From contig JAHLVW010000079.1 of NCBI GenBank assembly GCA_019058275.1, positions 1-43,764 on the forward strand: DNA of 43,764 nt, given 5' to 3'. The notes under the pieces were generated by a model. It searched no databases. It had not been told where the DNA came from and was given only the letters and a program-made list of their open reading frames with translations. This stretch comes from Candidatus Heimdallarchaeota archaeon. Its GTDB lineage: Archaea > Asgardarchaeota > Heimdallarchaeia > JABLTI01. Shown here piece by piece: positions 19,122-28,152 of this stretch. Positions within the stretch are counted from its first letter, which is position 1; each line of letters starts with the position of its first letter. Position numbers and translations under genes: made by a program.

Positions 19122-20156
19122 TTAATGCCGGCTTCTAATTTTAGGATAAGCTTGAAATGGTGTTCTTGGTTCAGTACTTATCCAATCACCAGACTCATCT
19201 ATTTTTGATAGCGAATTCAACAGATCATATGTTATCCAACGAGTTGCTTGCGGTTTTGGTTGATACTCCCATAATCCATAATTACCTTGTAATTCAAGTA
19301 TGAATTTTACTAATTCAGATACTCTTTCATCTTCTAAAGTTGCTCCTACTTTCCAACATAAATCTAACATAAAGGACAAGTCGTAACGAGCAAAGTACGT
19401 AATAAAACCAGTTGCTTGTTCTATACCCATTGTTCTGGCAACCTCAAATCCTATTGTATATTGTTCTTTGGTACCTCTACCAAGCAGTAGATCTAGTGCT
19501 TTTCTTGCTTCATCTGAATTTTGATGTTTTGGATGAAGTGCTAAACAGCTGAGAGCTCCAGATGTGTTTGAACGGCAACCCCATCTTGAATGGGCAATTT
19601 TCCTGTACCCAGCAACATAACCAAAATTACCCTTTACAATACCAGTTGGCCAAGCACCATCAGACATCCGTTGTACTAGAAGCCATTCAAAAGCTTTCTC
19701 AGCTCTTGAATCTGTAGCATAACCACACATGGCTACACCTCGCAAAGGTATCGCTGTTTGTAAGGTCATAATTTCGTAACCATCACGCTCTAATTGCTTC
19801 TCTCTAATTTTAGGTAATGCCCATGAACCATCATCTCTTTGCAAGGAAAACAAATATTCAGCTCCTTTCTTCACTGCTGGAAAATCAGATGTAAAACCAA
19901 GATAGCCTAACCTAACTAGCGCTTGTGCTGTTGCGAATACTTTAGTGCTATGAGCACCACCAACAAAATCACCCTTTTCCCAAATTCCCACTTTAGATTG
20001 CAATTTAAGAAGATTGGCAATAAAGGGATCTTCCTTGCGGATGTTTTGTAATTCCTTAACTTCAGAATCGTTTTCAGTATGATTAAGCAAATTCTTCATT
20101 ACTAGATATCTAAGGTTTGGTGATTGGTCTGCAAGTAAAAGAGGAACCCAAGTCAT
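19122..20156 (-). CDS. Prenyltransferase/squalene-cyclase-like (QW-repeat alpha/alpha barrel) protein
   Basis: Repeats LQSKVGIW, LQRDDGSW, QRMSDGAW, LQGNYGLW; no DxDD cyclase motif; ATGA overlap with the upstream double UvrA. Confidence 0.8.
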   Translation of the reverse strand: MTWVPLLLADQSPNLRYLVMKNLLNHTENDSEVKELQNIRKEDPFIANLLKLQSKVGIWEKGDFVGGAHSTKVFATAQALVRLGYLGFTSDFPAVKKGAEYLFSLQRDDGSWALPKIREKQLERDGYEIMTLQTAIPLRGVAMCGYATDSRAEKAFEWLLVQRMSDGAWPTGIVKGNFGYVAGYRKIAHSRWGCRSNTSGALSCLALHPKHQNSDEARKALDLLLGRGTKEQYTIGFEVARTMGIEQATGFITYFARYDLSFMLDLCWKVGATLEDERVSELVKFILELQGNYGLWEYQPKPQATRWITYDLLNSLSKIDESGDWISTEPRTPFQAYPKIRSRH

Positions 20157-23100
20157 TTGTAAAACTCCAATATTTCTTTAATAAAGGGAGCAGTTGGTGT
20201 CTTTCCATTAGCAATTTGCTCAGGAGTACCACTTGCAACAACTTTCCCTCCTTCAGGACCACCACCAGGTCCTAATTCAATTAACCAATCACATGAAGCT
20301 AAGAGCTCAGGACTGTGTTCGATAACTATAATAGAATGACCATCATCTACGAGTTTATGTAGTATTTTTGCAAAACGACTAATGTCATCTAAATGCTGAC
20401 CTACAGTAGGTTCATCAAGAATGTACATTGTTTGTGGTTTTGTTTTCTTACTCAATTCTAAAGCTATTTTTAGTCTCTGAGCTTCACCACCAGATAATGA
20501 ATAGCCTGGTTGACGCAACACAAGATATCCTAATCCAACATCTATTGCAATCTTTAATTTTCTAGCAATTTTTTCTTCATCTTTGAATAACTCATAGACT
20601 TGATTTATTGTTAATTGATATAATTCTGGGAGTGTATATCCTTTAAGTCGAATATCCCATACTTCAGCTATATGTCCAGAACCTTTACAAGTATCGCAAG
20701 GAGTTCGTATTGAAGGCAAGAAGCCCATATTAGTATAAATTCTTCCACGTCCTAGACAAACAGAACACCTTTTAGTTAGTTGACTTTCTTTTATACCTAA
20801 TACTTGAGCATCCTCACTTTCAGCATACAACTTTGTAATTGGTTTTGTCAAACCCAAGTAATGTAATGGATTATAGATTCCGCGTCTTGATTGATCCAAT
20901 ATAATCATTCTTTCGGGCGCATCAACAATTTCTTTATGTTCTCCAGGTTCAATTGGTTCATAAGCAACAGAAGTTGTTTGTTTTCTTGGAACTAACTTAC
21001 GACCAAGTGTATCAATTAGTAAAGTGCTTTTACCAGAACCAGATACACCACATAATCCTGTTAAAACACCAAGTGGGATTCTAACTTCCTCTCCTTTGAG
21101 GTTATATGCAACTGCCCCGAGAATTTTCATCCAATTTAGAGGCTTTCTTCTTATCTTTCTATAATTGAATTTTTTATCTCCTTGCAACCATTGAGTTGTT
21201 AATGTGGATTTTTCTAGAACATCTCTTAATGTACCTTGTGCTACAATTTTCCCTCCAGTAATTCCAGGTCCAGGACCCATATCTAACAAGTAATCAGCAT
21301 TACGAATAATTATTGGATCATGTTCCACAATTATGACAGTGTTACCTTCCTGACACAATTCTTGAAGAGCTTCGATTAAGGAATTTACTTCTGAAGGATG
21401 AAGTCCTCGTGATGGCTCATCAAGAAGAATAGTTAGTGATGTTAAACCACTCACTAAAAGACCAGCTAGTTTCACTCTTTGTGCTTCACCAGCTGATAAT
21501 GTTGCATAAATCCTATTCAAATGAATATAACCTAGTCCAACTTGTTTCAAAAAATCTAATCGTTTTAGAATAGTATCCAGATTAGCTTTTATCATCTTTG
21601 GAATTGCTGTTGGAATTTTTACTTTAACTAAAGTACTAGCTAATTTCTTCAAAGGCATTTCTTTAAAATCATGAATATTGAAGCCATTTATCCTAACGTT
21701 TAGATATTGTGGTTTAAGACGACCTCCCTTACAGTCAGGACATATTTCAGTCTCAGTATATGTTCCACCTACATCCCATTCACCCATCCAACCATAAAGC
21801 CCTCTAAATCTCATTTTGAAAGTTCGTCTATGCCCTTTTCTACCAATGGAGTGAACTTCTAGGGGTTCTGAATCACCGAAAAGAAAAGCTTGTTGTGCTT
21901 CACTTGGCATCTCATTCCAAGGTGTAGTTTTAGGATCAAAATTGTATCTTTTAGCAAGTGACTGAATGATGTAATATCCACCATTAAATTCCTTGCAAAT
22001 ATAGCCACAAGGAAAGAATCCAGGAGAATACATACCTCCAGAACAAATCGGTTTCTCAGGTTTAATTATTAATTTTTCAGGACATGGTTTTCTTAAACTA
22101 CCAACTCCATTGCATTTATTGCAAGCAGCTGCATAATTGACAGGAGAGAAGTGTCTTACTTTAGCTACTGGTTCTTTTGATTTGCAAGAGGGACAGATCC
22201 AGTGGTCTCCCTTTAACATTTCGACTTTACATTTCTCACATTCTTTCTTTCCAATATTAGCAAATAAAACAGCTAAGTGATAAGAAATCTCAGTTTCAAT
22301 ACCAACAGTGTTTCTAAGATTATAACGACCACTATCTGGTTTGACAGAAATTGTTACACCTAGTCCTATAACAGTATCTACAGGAGCTTCCGGACCCTCT
22401 CTTGTACTTTGCCTTTCATAAAGGGTTAATGTTTCAAGAAACCTTCTTCTAGCCTCAGTCTCGAGTATATCGCTAACTAGACTAGATTTCCCAGAACCAG
22501 AAACACCAGTTACAACTGTGAGTTTATTTTTTTGAAAGTCGACATCTACATTTTGGAGATTATGGATATTTGCACCTCGAATGGAAATAACATTCTGTAG
22601 TTTATAATCACTTTTCTTTTCAACTCTATCTGGATGAATAACTTCCTCTTCTTTCAATAATTGACCTGTAATTGATTTCTTACTATCCAAAAGATCATTT
22701 ACAGATCCTGTGAAGACAAGATTCCCACCCTTTTCTCCTGCACCAGGTCCAAGATCAATAATCCAATCAGCAGCTTTAATTATATCGGAATTATGTTCAA
22801 CAACAACAATAGTACCCCCAGAACGAACTAGATAATCTAGAACATTTAACAATCCAGTTATATCATAAGGATGCAATCCTGTGGATGGCTCATCTAAGAT
22901 AATTAATCTTCCACTTAAAGAGGCTCTACCAAGATACTTTGCTAATTTGACTCTTTGAGCTTCTCCACCAGATATTGTAGTTGAAGGTTGACCCAAAGGC
23001 AAATAACCTAAACCAACGTCATGCATTGCTTTTAGTATTCTGCAGGCTGCTTTGCGGTTTTTCTCTGTCAATTTCATTTCTTTCTCTAATATATCAAATG

Positions 23101-25015
23101 CTTGTGAAACATCCAATCTATAGAAGTCAGCTATTGAGTAAGTTTCACCATTGAAATTAGCTTTAGCTGCTAAAACTTCATCCGAAAACCGTTCACCACT
23201 ACAACTCGAACAAGTAATCCATGTAGAAGGAAGGTATCTCATTTTTACTTCTAAAGCACCAATTCCTTTACATTCTTGACAAGCACCCTCAGGACGATTA
23301 AAGGAGAAATGAGATGCTGACAGACCCGTTTCAGCAGCAAATATTTCACGTATAATATCAGAGAGCTTTGTATATGTTGCAGGATTTGATCTAGGGTTTC
23401 TTCCTATAGGACTTTGATCTACTATTACAGTTTTTAGCATGGGACCGATGATTTCTTTACAACCAACTGGCTTTTTCTTTGATAACGAAGTAACTAACAC
23501 TTCTTCAACAAAAGTACTTTTACCAGATCCCGAAACACCAGTAATAACTGATAAACAATTAATTGGTATTGTTACATCTATATCCTTTAGTGTTCGAAAG
23601 CTTACACCCTTGAAAATTAAGAACTCATCTGGTTGGTCTCTTAAAGTAGGGATTTTTACTCTATCTCTTAAGCTAAAATATCTACCTGTGTAAGTATCAC
23701 TTCGCCATAATTCGTTTATTTTCCCTGAGTAGACTATTTCTCCGCCTTTGTTTCCAGCAGCTGGACCAATATCTATAGCATAATCTGCTTGTACTGCAGC
23801 CATTCTATCATGTTCAACGAAAATAACTGGTCCCTTTAACTTCCTTAAAATCGGCAGGAAGTTCTTAACATCTGCTATATGTTGTCCAATTGTTGGTTCA
23901 TCAAGTACATAGAGCATGTCCTCAAGACGACTTGATATTGCTACTGCAAGTCGAACACGTTGAGATTCTCCTCGAGATAAAGTTGGTGAAGAGCGATTTA
24001 ATGAAATATAACCCAAACCAACTCTTTCTAAAGAATTAATTCTTTTCAAAATTTCTTGGACTAACCTATTTGCTGTAGAGGGCAAATCTGGTTCATCAAA
24101 CAATTGTTTAACTTCGCTAACTGTTTTAGCTAATAGTTCTGTTAAATTTAGATTCTTCCAATATACAGGTACAGCTTTAGGATGAAGACCAGTTTCCTTA
24201 CATTTTTCACAACCTTTCCCTTTGCAATAAGGACAAGATGTGTGAAAGTGTAATGGTTCTATCTCTCCCAACCAAGTATTGCAAACTATACAAACAGTAG
24301 TTTTTGAAAAAGTTAAATCATAATCATTGAACTTAACTTTTAGCGCATATGAACCTAGTGCGGTAATATCCTCTAGTACCTTACGAAATTCCTTAATGCT
24401 TGTTTTCTTATCATAAACACCAATTAGAAGATCGATATTGTGTTTCTTACTTGAATCTAACTTTTGCTCTTCCCAAGATTCACCATCAATTATAATATCT
24501 TTAGGATCAAATGCCTTTTTCAACATACTTAGAAATGTTCGATGACTACCGATGGTATTTTGTACCAAAGGAGCGAAAATAGAGATTTTATTCGTTTTAT
24601 TGATTAATAAGATGCGATCAATTATTTCATCTTCTTTTAAAACAGTGTTTTTAGCACCACATTTTGAACACCTTCTTTCACCAAGATTTGCATAAAGTAA
24701 CCGTAAAAATGGGTGAAGACCAGAAGCTGTTGCTAAAGTGGAAAGAGGGTTGCGATTAAGTAGATTTTGACCAACAGCAATAGTTGGTCCTGCACCAGTC
24801 AAGCTTTGTACTTTTGCTGGTAACAATCTAAGACTTGAATTTCTTGTTGAAAAAATATCTAAAAAGCGTCTTCTTGCTTCATGATAAAGGGTATCAAAAA
24901 CTAGAGATGTTTTCCCAGATCCAGAGATGCCTGTGACAACTGTAAGACCATCTGATATATCGACATCGATATTTTGAAGATTATTTTCTCTGGCACCTCG
25001 GATTTTTATGTTCAT
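20153..25015 (-). CDS. Double-length UvrA-like protein (two fused UvrA modules, four ABC ATPase domains)
   Basis: Four Walker A motifs (GISGSGKT, 3x GVSGSGKS), four signatures (LSRGESQR, ISGGEAQR, LSAGEAQR, LSGGEAQR), four LDEP Walker B motifs and multiple CxxC pairs. The second module starts near 22595 (ISIRGANIHNLQNVDV). Confidence 0.95.
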   Translation of the reverse strand: MNIKIRGARENNLQNIDVDISDGLTVVTGISGSGKTSLVFDTLYHEARRRFLDIFSTRNSSLRLLPAKVQSLTGAGPTIAVGQNLLNRNPLSTLATASGLHPFLRLLYANLGERRCSKCGAKNTVLKEDEIIDRILLINKTNKISIFAPLVQNTIGSHRTFLSMLKKAFDPKDIIIDGESWEEQKLDSSKKHNIDLLIGVYDKKTSIKEFRKVLEDITALGSYALKVKFNDYDLTFSKTTVCIVCNTWLGEIEPLHFHTSCPYCKGKGCEKCKETGLHPKAVPVYWKNLNLTELLAKTVSEVKQLFDEPDLPSTANRLVQEILKRINSLERVGLGYISLNRSSPTLSRGESQRVRLAVAISSRLEDMLYVLDEPTIGQHIADVKNFLPILRKLKGPVIFVEHDRMAAVQADYAIDIGPAAGNKGGEIVYSGKINELWRSDTYTGRYFSLRDRVKIPTLRDQPDEFLIFKGVSFRTLKDIDVTIPINCLSVITGVSGSGKSTFVEEVLVTSLSKKKPVGCKEIIGPMLKTVIVDQSPIGRNPRSNPATYTKLSDIIREIFAAETGLSASHFSFNRPEGACQECKGIGALEVKMRYLPSTWITCSSCSGERFSDEVLAAKANFNGETYSIADFYRLDVSQAFDILEKEMKLTEKNRKAACRILKAMHDVGLGYLPLGQPSTTISGGEAQRVKLAKYLGRASLSGRLIILDEPSTGLHPYDITGLLNVLDYLVRSGGTIVVVEHNSDIIKAADWIIDLGPGAGEKGGNLVFTGSVNDLLDSKKSITGQLLKEEEVIHPDRVEKKSDYKLQNVISIRGANIHNLQNVDVDFQKNKLTVVTGVSGSGKSSLVSDILETEARRRFLETLTLYERQSTREGPEAPVDTVIGLGVTISVKPDSGRYNLRNTVGIETEISYHLAVLFANIGKKECEKCKVEMLKGDHWICPSCKSKEPVAKVRHFSPVNYAAACNKCNGVGSLRKPCPEKLIIKPEKPICSGGMYSPGFFPCGYICKEFNGGYYIIQSLAKRYNFDPKTTPWNEMPSEAQQAFLFGDSEPLEVHSIGRKGHRRTFKMRFRGLYGWMGEWDVGGTYTETEICPDCKGGRLKPQYLNVRINGFNIHDFKEMPLKKLASTLVKVKIPTAIPKMIKANLDTILKRLDFLKQVGLGYIHLNRIYATLSAGEAQRVKLAGLLVSGLTSLTILLDEPSRGLHPSEVNSLIEALQELCQEGNTVIIVEHDPIIIRNADYLLDMGPGPGITGGKIVAQGTLRDVLEKSTLTTQWLQGDKKFNYRKIRRKPLNWMKILGAVAYNLKGEEVRIPLGVLTGLCGVSGSGKSTLLIDTLGRKLVPRKQTTSVAYEPIEPGEHKEIVDAPERMIILDQSRRGIYNPLHYLGLTKPITKLYAESEDAQVLGIKESQLTKRCSVCLGRGRIYTNMGFLPSIRTPCDTCKGSGHIAEVWDIRLKGYTLPELYQLTINQVYELFKDEEKIARKLKIAIDVGLGYLVLRQPGYSLSGGEAQRLKIALELSKKTKPQTMYILDEPTVGQHLDDISRFAKILHKLVDDGHSIIVIEHSPELLASCDWLIELGPGGGPEGGKVVASGTPEQIANGKTPTAPFIKEILEFYK

Positions 25016-25188
25016 ATTAAAATCACTTTTTACTATGAGCTAATCAACTCATATTTTAAGATATAAAGAGTTTTGAGTAGAGATAACCGATAATATTCCT
25101 AATTATACCTTTTCTTAAGAATTTTTTTTATTTGCTTGTTCCTAGTAATAATATTATAGATATAGAATTAGATAAATGAGATCTTGCG

Positions 25189-25863
25189 ATGAACAATTAT
25201 TATTCAAAGCAACTTTCTGCTAATAAGCTAAAACGCTGCTATAATATTGCTTCACCTAGAATAAAACAATATTTAGAAGCTGAGATTAAATTTGTGCTAG
25301 AGCAAATAAAACCATCAGATAAGGTTTTAGAACTAGGTTGTGGTTATGGTAGAGTTCTTAAGCGAATAGCAGAGAAAGCAGCAAAAGTTATAGGGATTGA
25401 TACTTCTAGTGAAAGTATTCAGCTAGCAGAAAAATATCTTCAAGATTACACAAATATCGAATTATTCCAAATGAACGCAAAATCGATGGATTTCAAAGAA
25501 CAATCATTTGATGTAGTTATTGGTATACAAAACAGCATTTCTGCATTTAAAGTAAAACCAGAAGAACTTACAAAAGAAAGCCTTAGAGTAACAAAACAAA
25601 ATGGAAAAGTGATTTTTTCAAGTTACTCTGACAAAATATGGCAAGAACGATTGGATTGGTTTGCTGAACAATCAGAAGAGGGATTACTAGGAGAGATCAA
25701 TTTTATGAAAACTGGAAAAGGAGTTATCATTTGCAAAGATGGATTTAAAGCAACCACTTTTACAAAAGATAATTTCGAAAAATTGCTAAGAAAAATGAAA
25801 TTAAAGGGTATAATAATAGAAATCGATAATTCAAGTATTTTCTGTGTGATATCAAACAAATAA
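25189..25863 (+). CDS. Class I SAM-dependent methyltransferase
   Basis: VLELGCGYGR motif I, GIDTS, SFDVVI. Confidence 0.92.
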   Translation: MNNYYSKQLSANKLKRCYNIASPRIKQYLEAEIKFVLEQIKPSDKVLELGCGYGRVLKRIAEKAAKVIGIDTSSESIQLAEKYLQDYTNIELFQMNAKSMDFKEQSFDVVIGIQNSISAFKVKPEELTKESLRVTKQNGKVIFSSYSDKIWQERLDWFAEQSEEGLLGEINFMKTGKGVIICKDGFKATTFTKDNFEKLLRKMKLKGIIIEIDNSSIFCVISNK

Positions 25864-25984
25864 TTTGCAGCTATAGGTAAAAATATAGAAAAAATGCAAG
25901 TAAGCAAGTTTTTGTCAGATAAAAAGAATTTTATACTATTTTTGCTTTATTTATTTATCCTTTTATATTGGTGAGGATTAATTT

Positions 25985-26185
25985 ATGTCAGAAACTAAAG
26001 ACGATCAAAAATTAATCGACATCTTAGTATGTTGGTTTGTTGGTTATTTAGGTATTCACAGATTCTTAAAGGGTTACACTACCTCAGGAATCCTATGGTT
26101 ATGCACTGGCGGACTCTGTGGTGTTGGTTGGATAATTGATTTAATCTATATCATTACTGATAAAGAATGGATTATGCCAAAGTAG
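25985..26185 (+). CDS. Stand-alone TM2-domain membrane protein
   Basis: GYLGIHRFLKG...GILWLCTGGLCGVGWIIDL; RBS GGTGAGG. Confidence 0.9.
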   Translation: MSETKDDQKLIDILVCWFVGYLGIHRFLKGYTTSGILWLCTGGLCGVGWIIDLIYIITDKEWIMPK

Positions 26186-26204
26186 CAATTCATTGCTACA
26201 CCTA

Positions 26205-26255
26205 TTTTTTTTTTTCTATTTCTAAAAAAGGAACGGTAGGTCATAGAAATGACCT
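26205..26255. terminator. Convergent terminator region between the TM2 gene and pepF
   Basis: Long T run on the plus strand; hairpin AGGTCAT-AGAA-ATGACCT (26238-26255) followed by a T tract on the minus strand. Confidence 0.55.
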
Positions 26256-26265
26256 GAAGATTGTT

Positions 26266-28050
26266 TTATTTCACTAGCTTTTCTAATTCATCTATAAAAT
26301 ACTCAAATCTCTTAATACCAAGTTTCCAGAAGCTTGGATCAGTGACATCTAATCCTAAAATTTCTCCGATTTCCTTAGGAGAAATGCTACTTCCAGCTGC
26401 TAAAACTTTCTTAAACTTAGGTACAAAGTCCTTACCTTCATCGAGGTATTTTTGGTAGAGTGCATAAACGAACATCTGTCCATAGACATATGGATAATTG
26501 TAGAATCTGAAGTTAGGCATGTAATAATGTACTTTCATTGTCCACTCAGCTTCCATTACATCTAACCAATCAATTGCATCTCCATATATACGATCTCTGT
26601 TTTTCGTCCAATATTTACAAATTGTTTTGTAATCTAAAAATTCCCCTCTTTTGATAGCATCATAAAGATCTTGTTCAAACCAAGCTCTAGCAGTGACTTG
26701 AAATGCTGCCATTCCTGCACCATCTAGCACTTGTGCGAAAATGGCTATTTTTTCATTGTCTGTTTGTGCTTCGCTTAACAACAAATCTGTTACGAGTAAT
26801 TCACCAAATATTGAAGCTGTTTCAGCGACAATCATTGGCATTCTACCATTTAGAATTGTCTGTTCTTGAGAAAAATAATAATCATGTCTTGCATGTCCTA
26901 ATTCATGTGCTAGGGTGTATACTCCATCTAGTGCATTATTGTAGCTCTGAAGTATAAATGCAGATTTCCCACTGAACCAAGCAGCACAAAATGCACCATT
27001 CCTTTTACCAAATCTCGGTGATGCATCTATGTGATTTCTTTCGAACATATCTTTTACTGAAGATGCATACTCTTCATCGAATTTTTTATAGGCGTTATAG
27101 GTTAGCTCTTTAGCTTTCTCATAATCGTATTTCACATCAGGAGCATTTGGTAGTGGAGCAACGATATCGTAGTTTGCGAGTTTTTCAACACCCATTATTT
27201 TTGCTTTTAGCTTTAGATATCTTCTATAGACCTTGGAACCCTCATCAATTGCTTTTAGTAAGCTTTCAATTATTTCCTGATCAGTATCATTTGCTATTAA
27301 GCTTGCATGCATATCAGATTCATACTTTCTTCTCTTTGTGACATTAATCCAATCATTGCATACATTTCTCAGAGCTGAAGAGAATAATTCACTATCTTTG
27401 CCTAATAATCCATAAATAGATTCATTGGCTGATTTTCTAGTAGATCTATCAGTATGTGGCAATAGAGCATTAGCTTCACCATATGGGAGCTGCTTCTTTT
27501 CACCTTCAACTTCCACATCAAAAATCCTAGTATTAAGCCATTTGCTTTGTAATTGCTGCCATCCTCTAATACCATATTGATCCTTTTCAATAATTAGTTG
27601 CTCTTCTACTTCAGATAATTGGTGCGGTACAGCTCGTTTTAATTTCTCAAGATAATGTTTGTAATTTGATAAATCCTTATCTGAAATTAATTTTGGATTA
27701 TCGAACACTAATTTACCTATATCCAAATTGAGAAATGCCAATTGTTTTCCTAGATTTGCTTGTAATTTATTGACTCTATCATTGAGCTTTTGAGTATCAG
27801 GTAGAGTCATGTTTGCTGAAAAAGACAAACTGGTAAACAGACCTAAATCTCTAACATCAAGTAGGTAGTCTTCATATTCTTGTAATAACTTTAACAAGTC
27901 CTTTGCTGATAAATCAAGGATTTTACCTTGATAATTTTTGACTAAATCTTCAGCTACTTTTGTTATTTTATCTATTGCCTTCTCAATTGAAGGATCAGTT
28001 GTACTTGGGAAAAGCCCCGATAAGTCCCATACGATTTCTTTTTGTGTCAT
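26266..28050 (-). CDS. pepF: Oligoendopeptidase F (M3B)
   Basis: WDLS.LF N-terminus, GKRNGAFC, TLAHELGH, AETASIFGE, FYNYPY. Confidence 0.95.
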   Translation of the reverse strand: MTQKEIVWDLSGLFPSTTDPSIEKAIDKITKVAEDLVKNYQGKILDLSAKDLLKLLQEYEDYLLDVRDLGLFTSLSFSANMTLPDTQKLNDRVNKLQANLGKQLAFLNLDIGKLVFDNPKLISDKDLSNYKHYLEKLKRAVPHQLSEVEEQLIIEKDQYGIRGWQQLQSKWLNTRIFDVEVEGEKKQLPYGEANALLPHTDRSTRKSANESIYGLLGKDSELFSSALRNVCNDWINVTKRRKYESDMHASLIANDTDQEIIESLLKAIDEGSKVYRRYLKLKAKIMGVEKLANYDIVAPLPNAPDVKYDYEKAKELTYNAYKKFDEEYASSVKDMFERNHIDASPRFGKRNGAFCAAWFSGKSAFILQSYNNALDGVYTLAHELGHARHDYYFSQEQTILNGRMPMIVAETASIFGELLVTDLLLSEAQTDNEKIAIFAQVLDGAGMAAFQVTARAWFEQDLYDAIKRGEFLDYKTICKYWTKNRDRIYGDAIDWLDVMEAEWTMKVHYYMPNFRFYNYPYVYGQMFVYALYQKYLDEGKDFVPKFKKVLAAGSSISPKEIGEILGLDVTDPSFWKLGIKRFEYFIDELEKLVK

Positions 28051-28152
28051 ATATAATCATCATCCCAAAATTAGAATTGTCTGTTTTTGGGATTCCCTAA
28101 ACCAAATTTAATGTTTTGGTTTTTTTTATAATAAACTACACTGAAAACGGTT

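Noticed and set aside
19122-20156. True squalene-hopene or oxidosqualene cyclase (hopanoid/sterol synthesis)
   Set aside because: Only 344 aa (single barrel) and no DxDD/DCTAE catalytic motif.
20153-25015. Assembly duplication producing the double UvrA
   Set aside because: The two halves are highly diverged, have different domain deletions and form one continuous frame.
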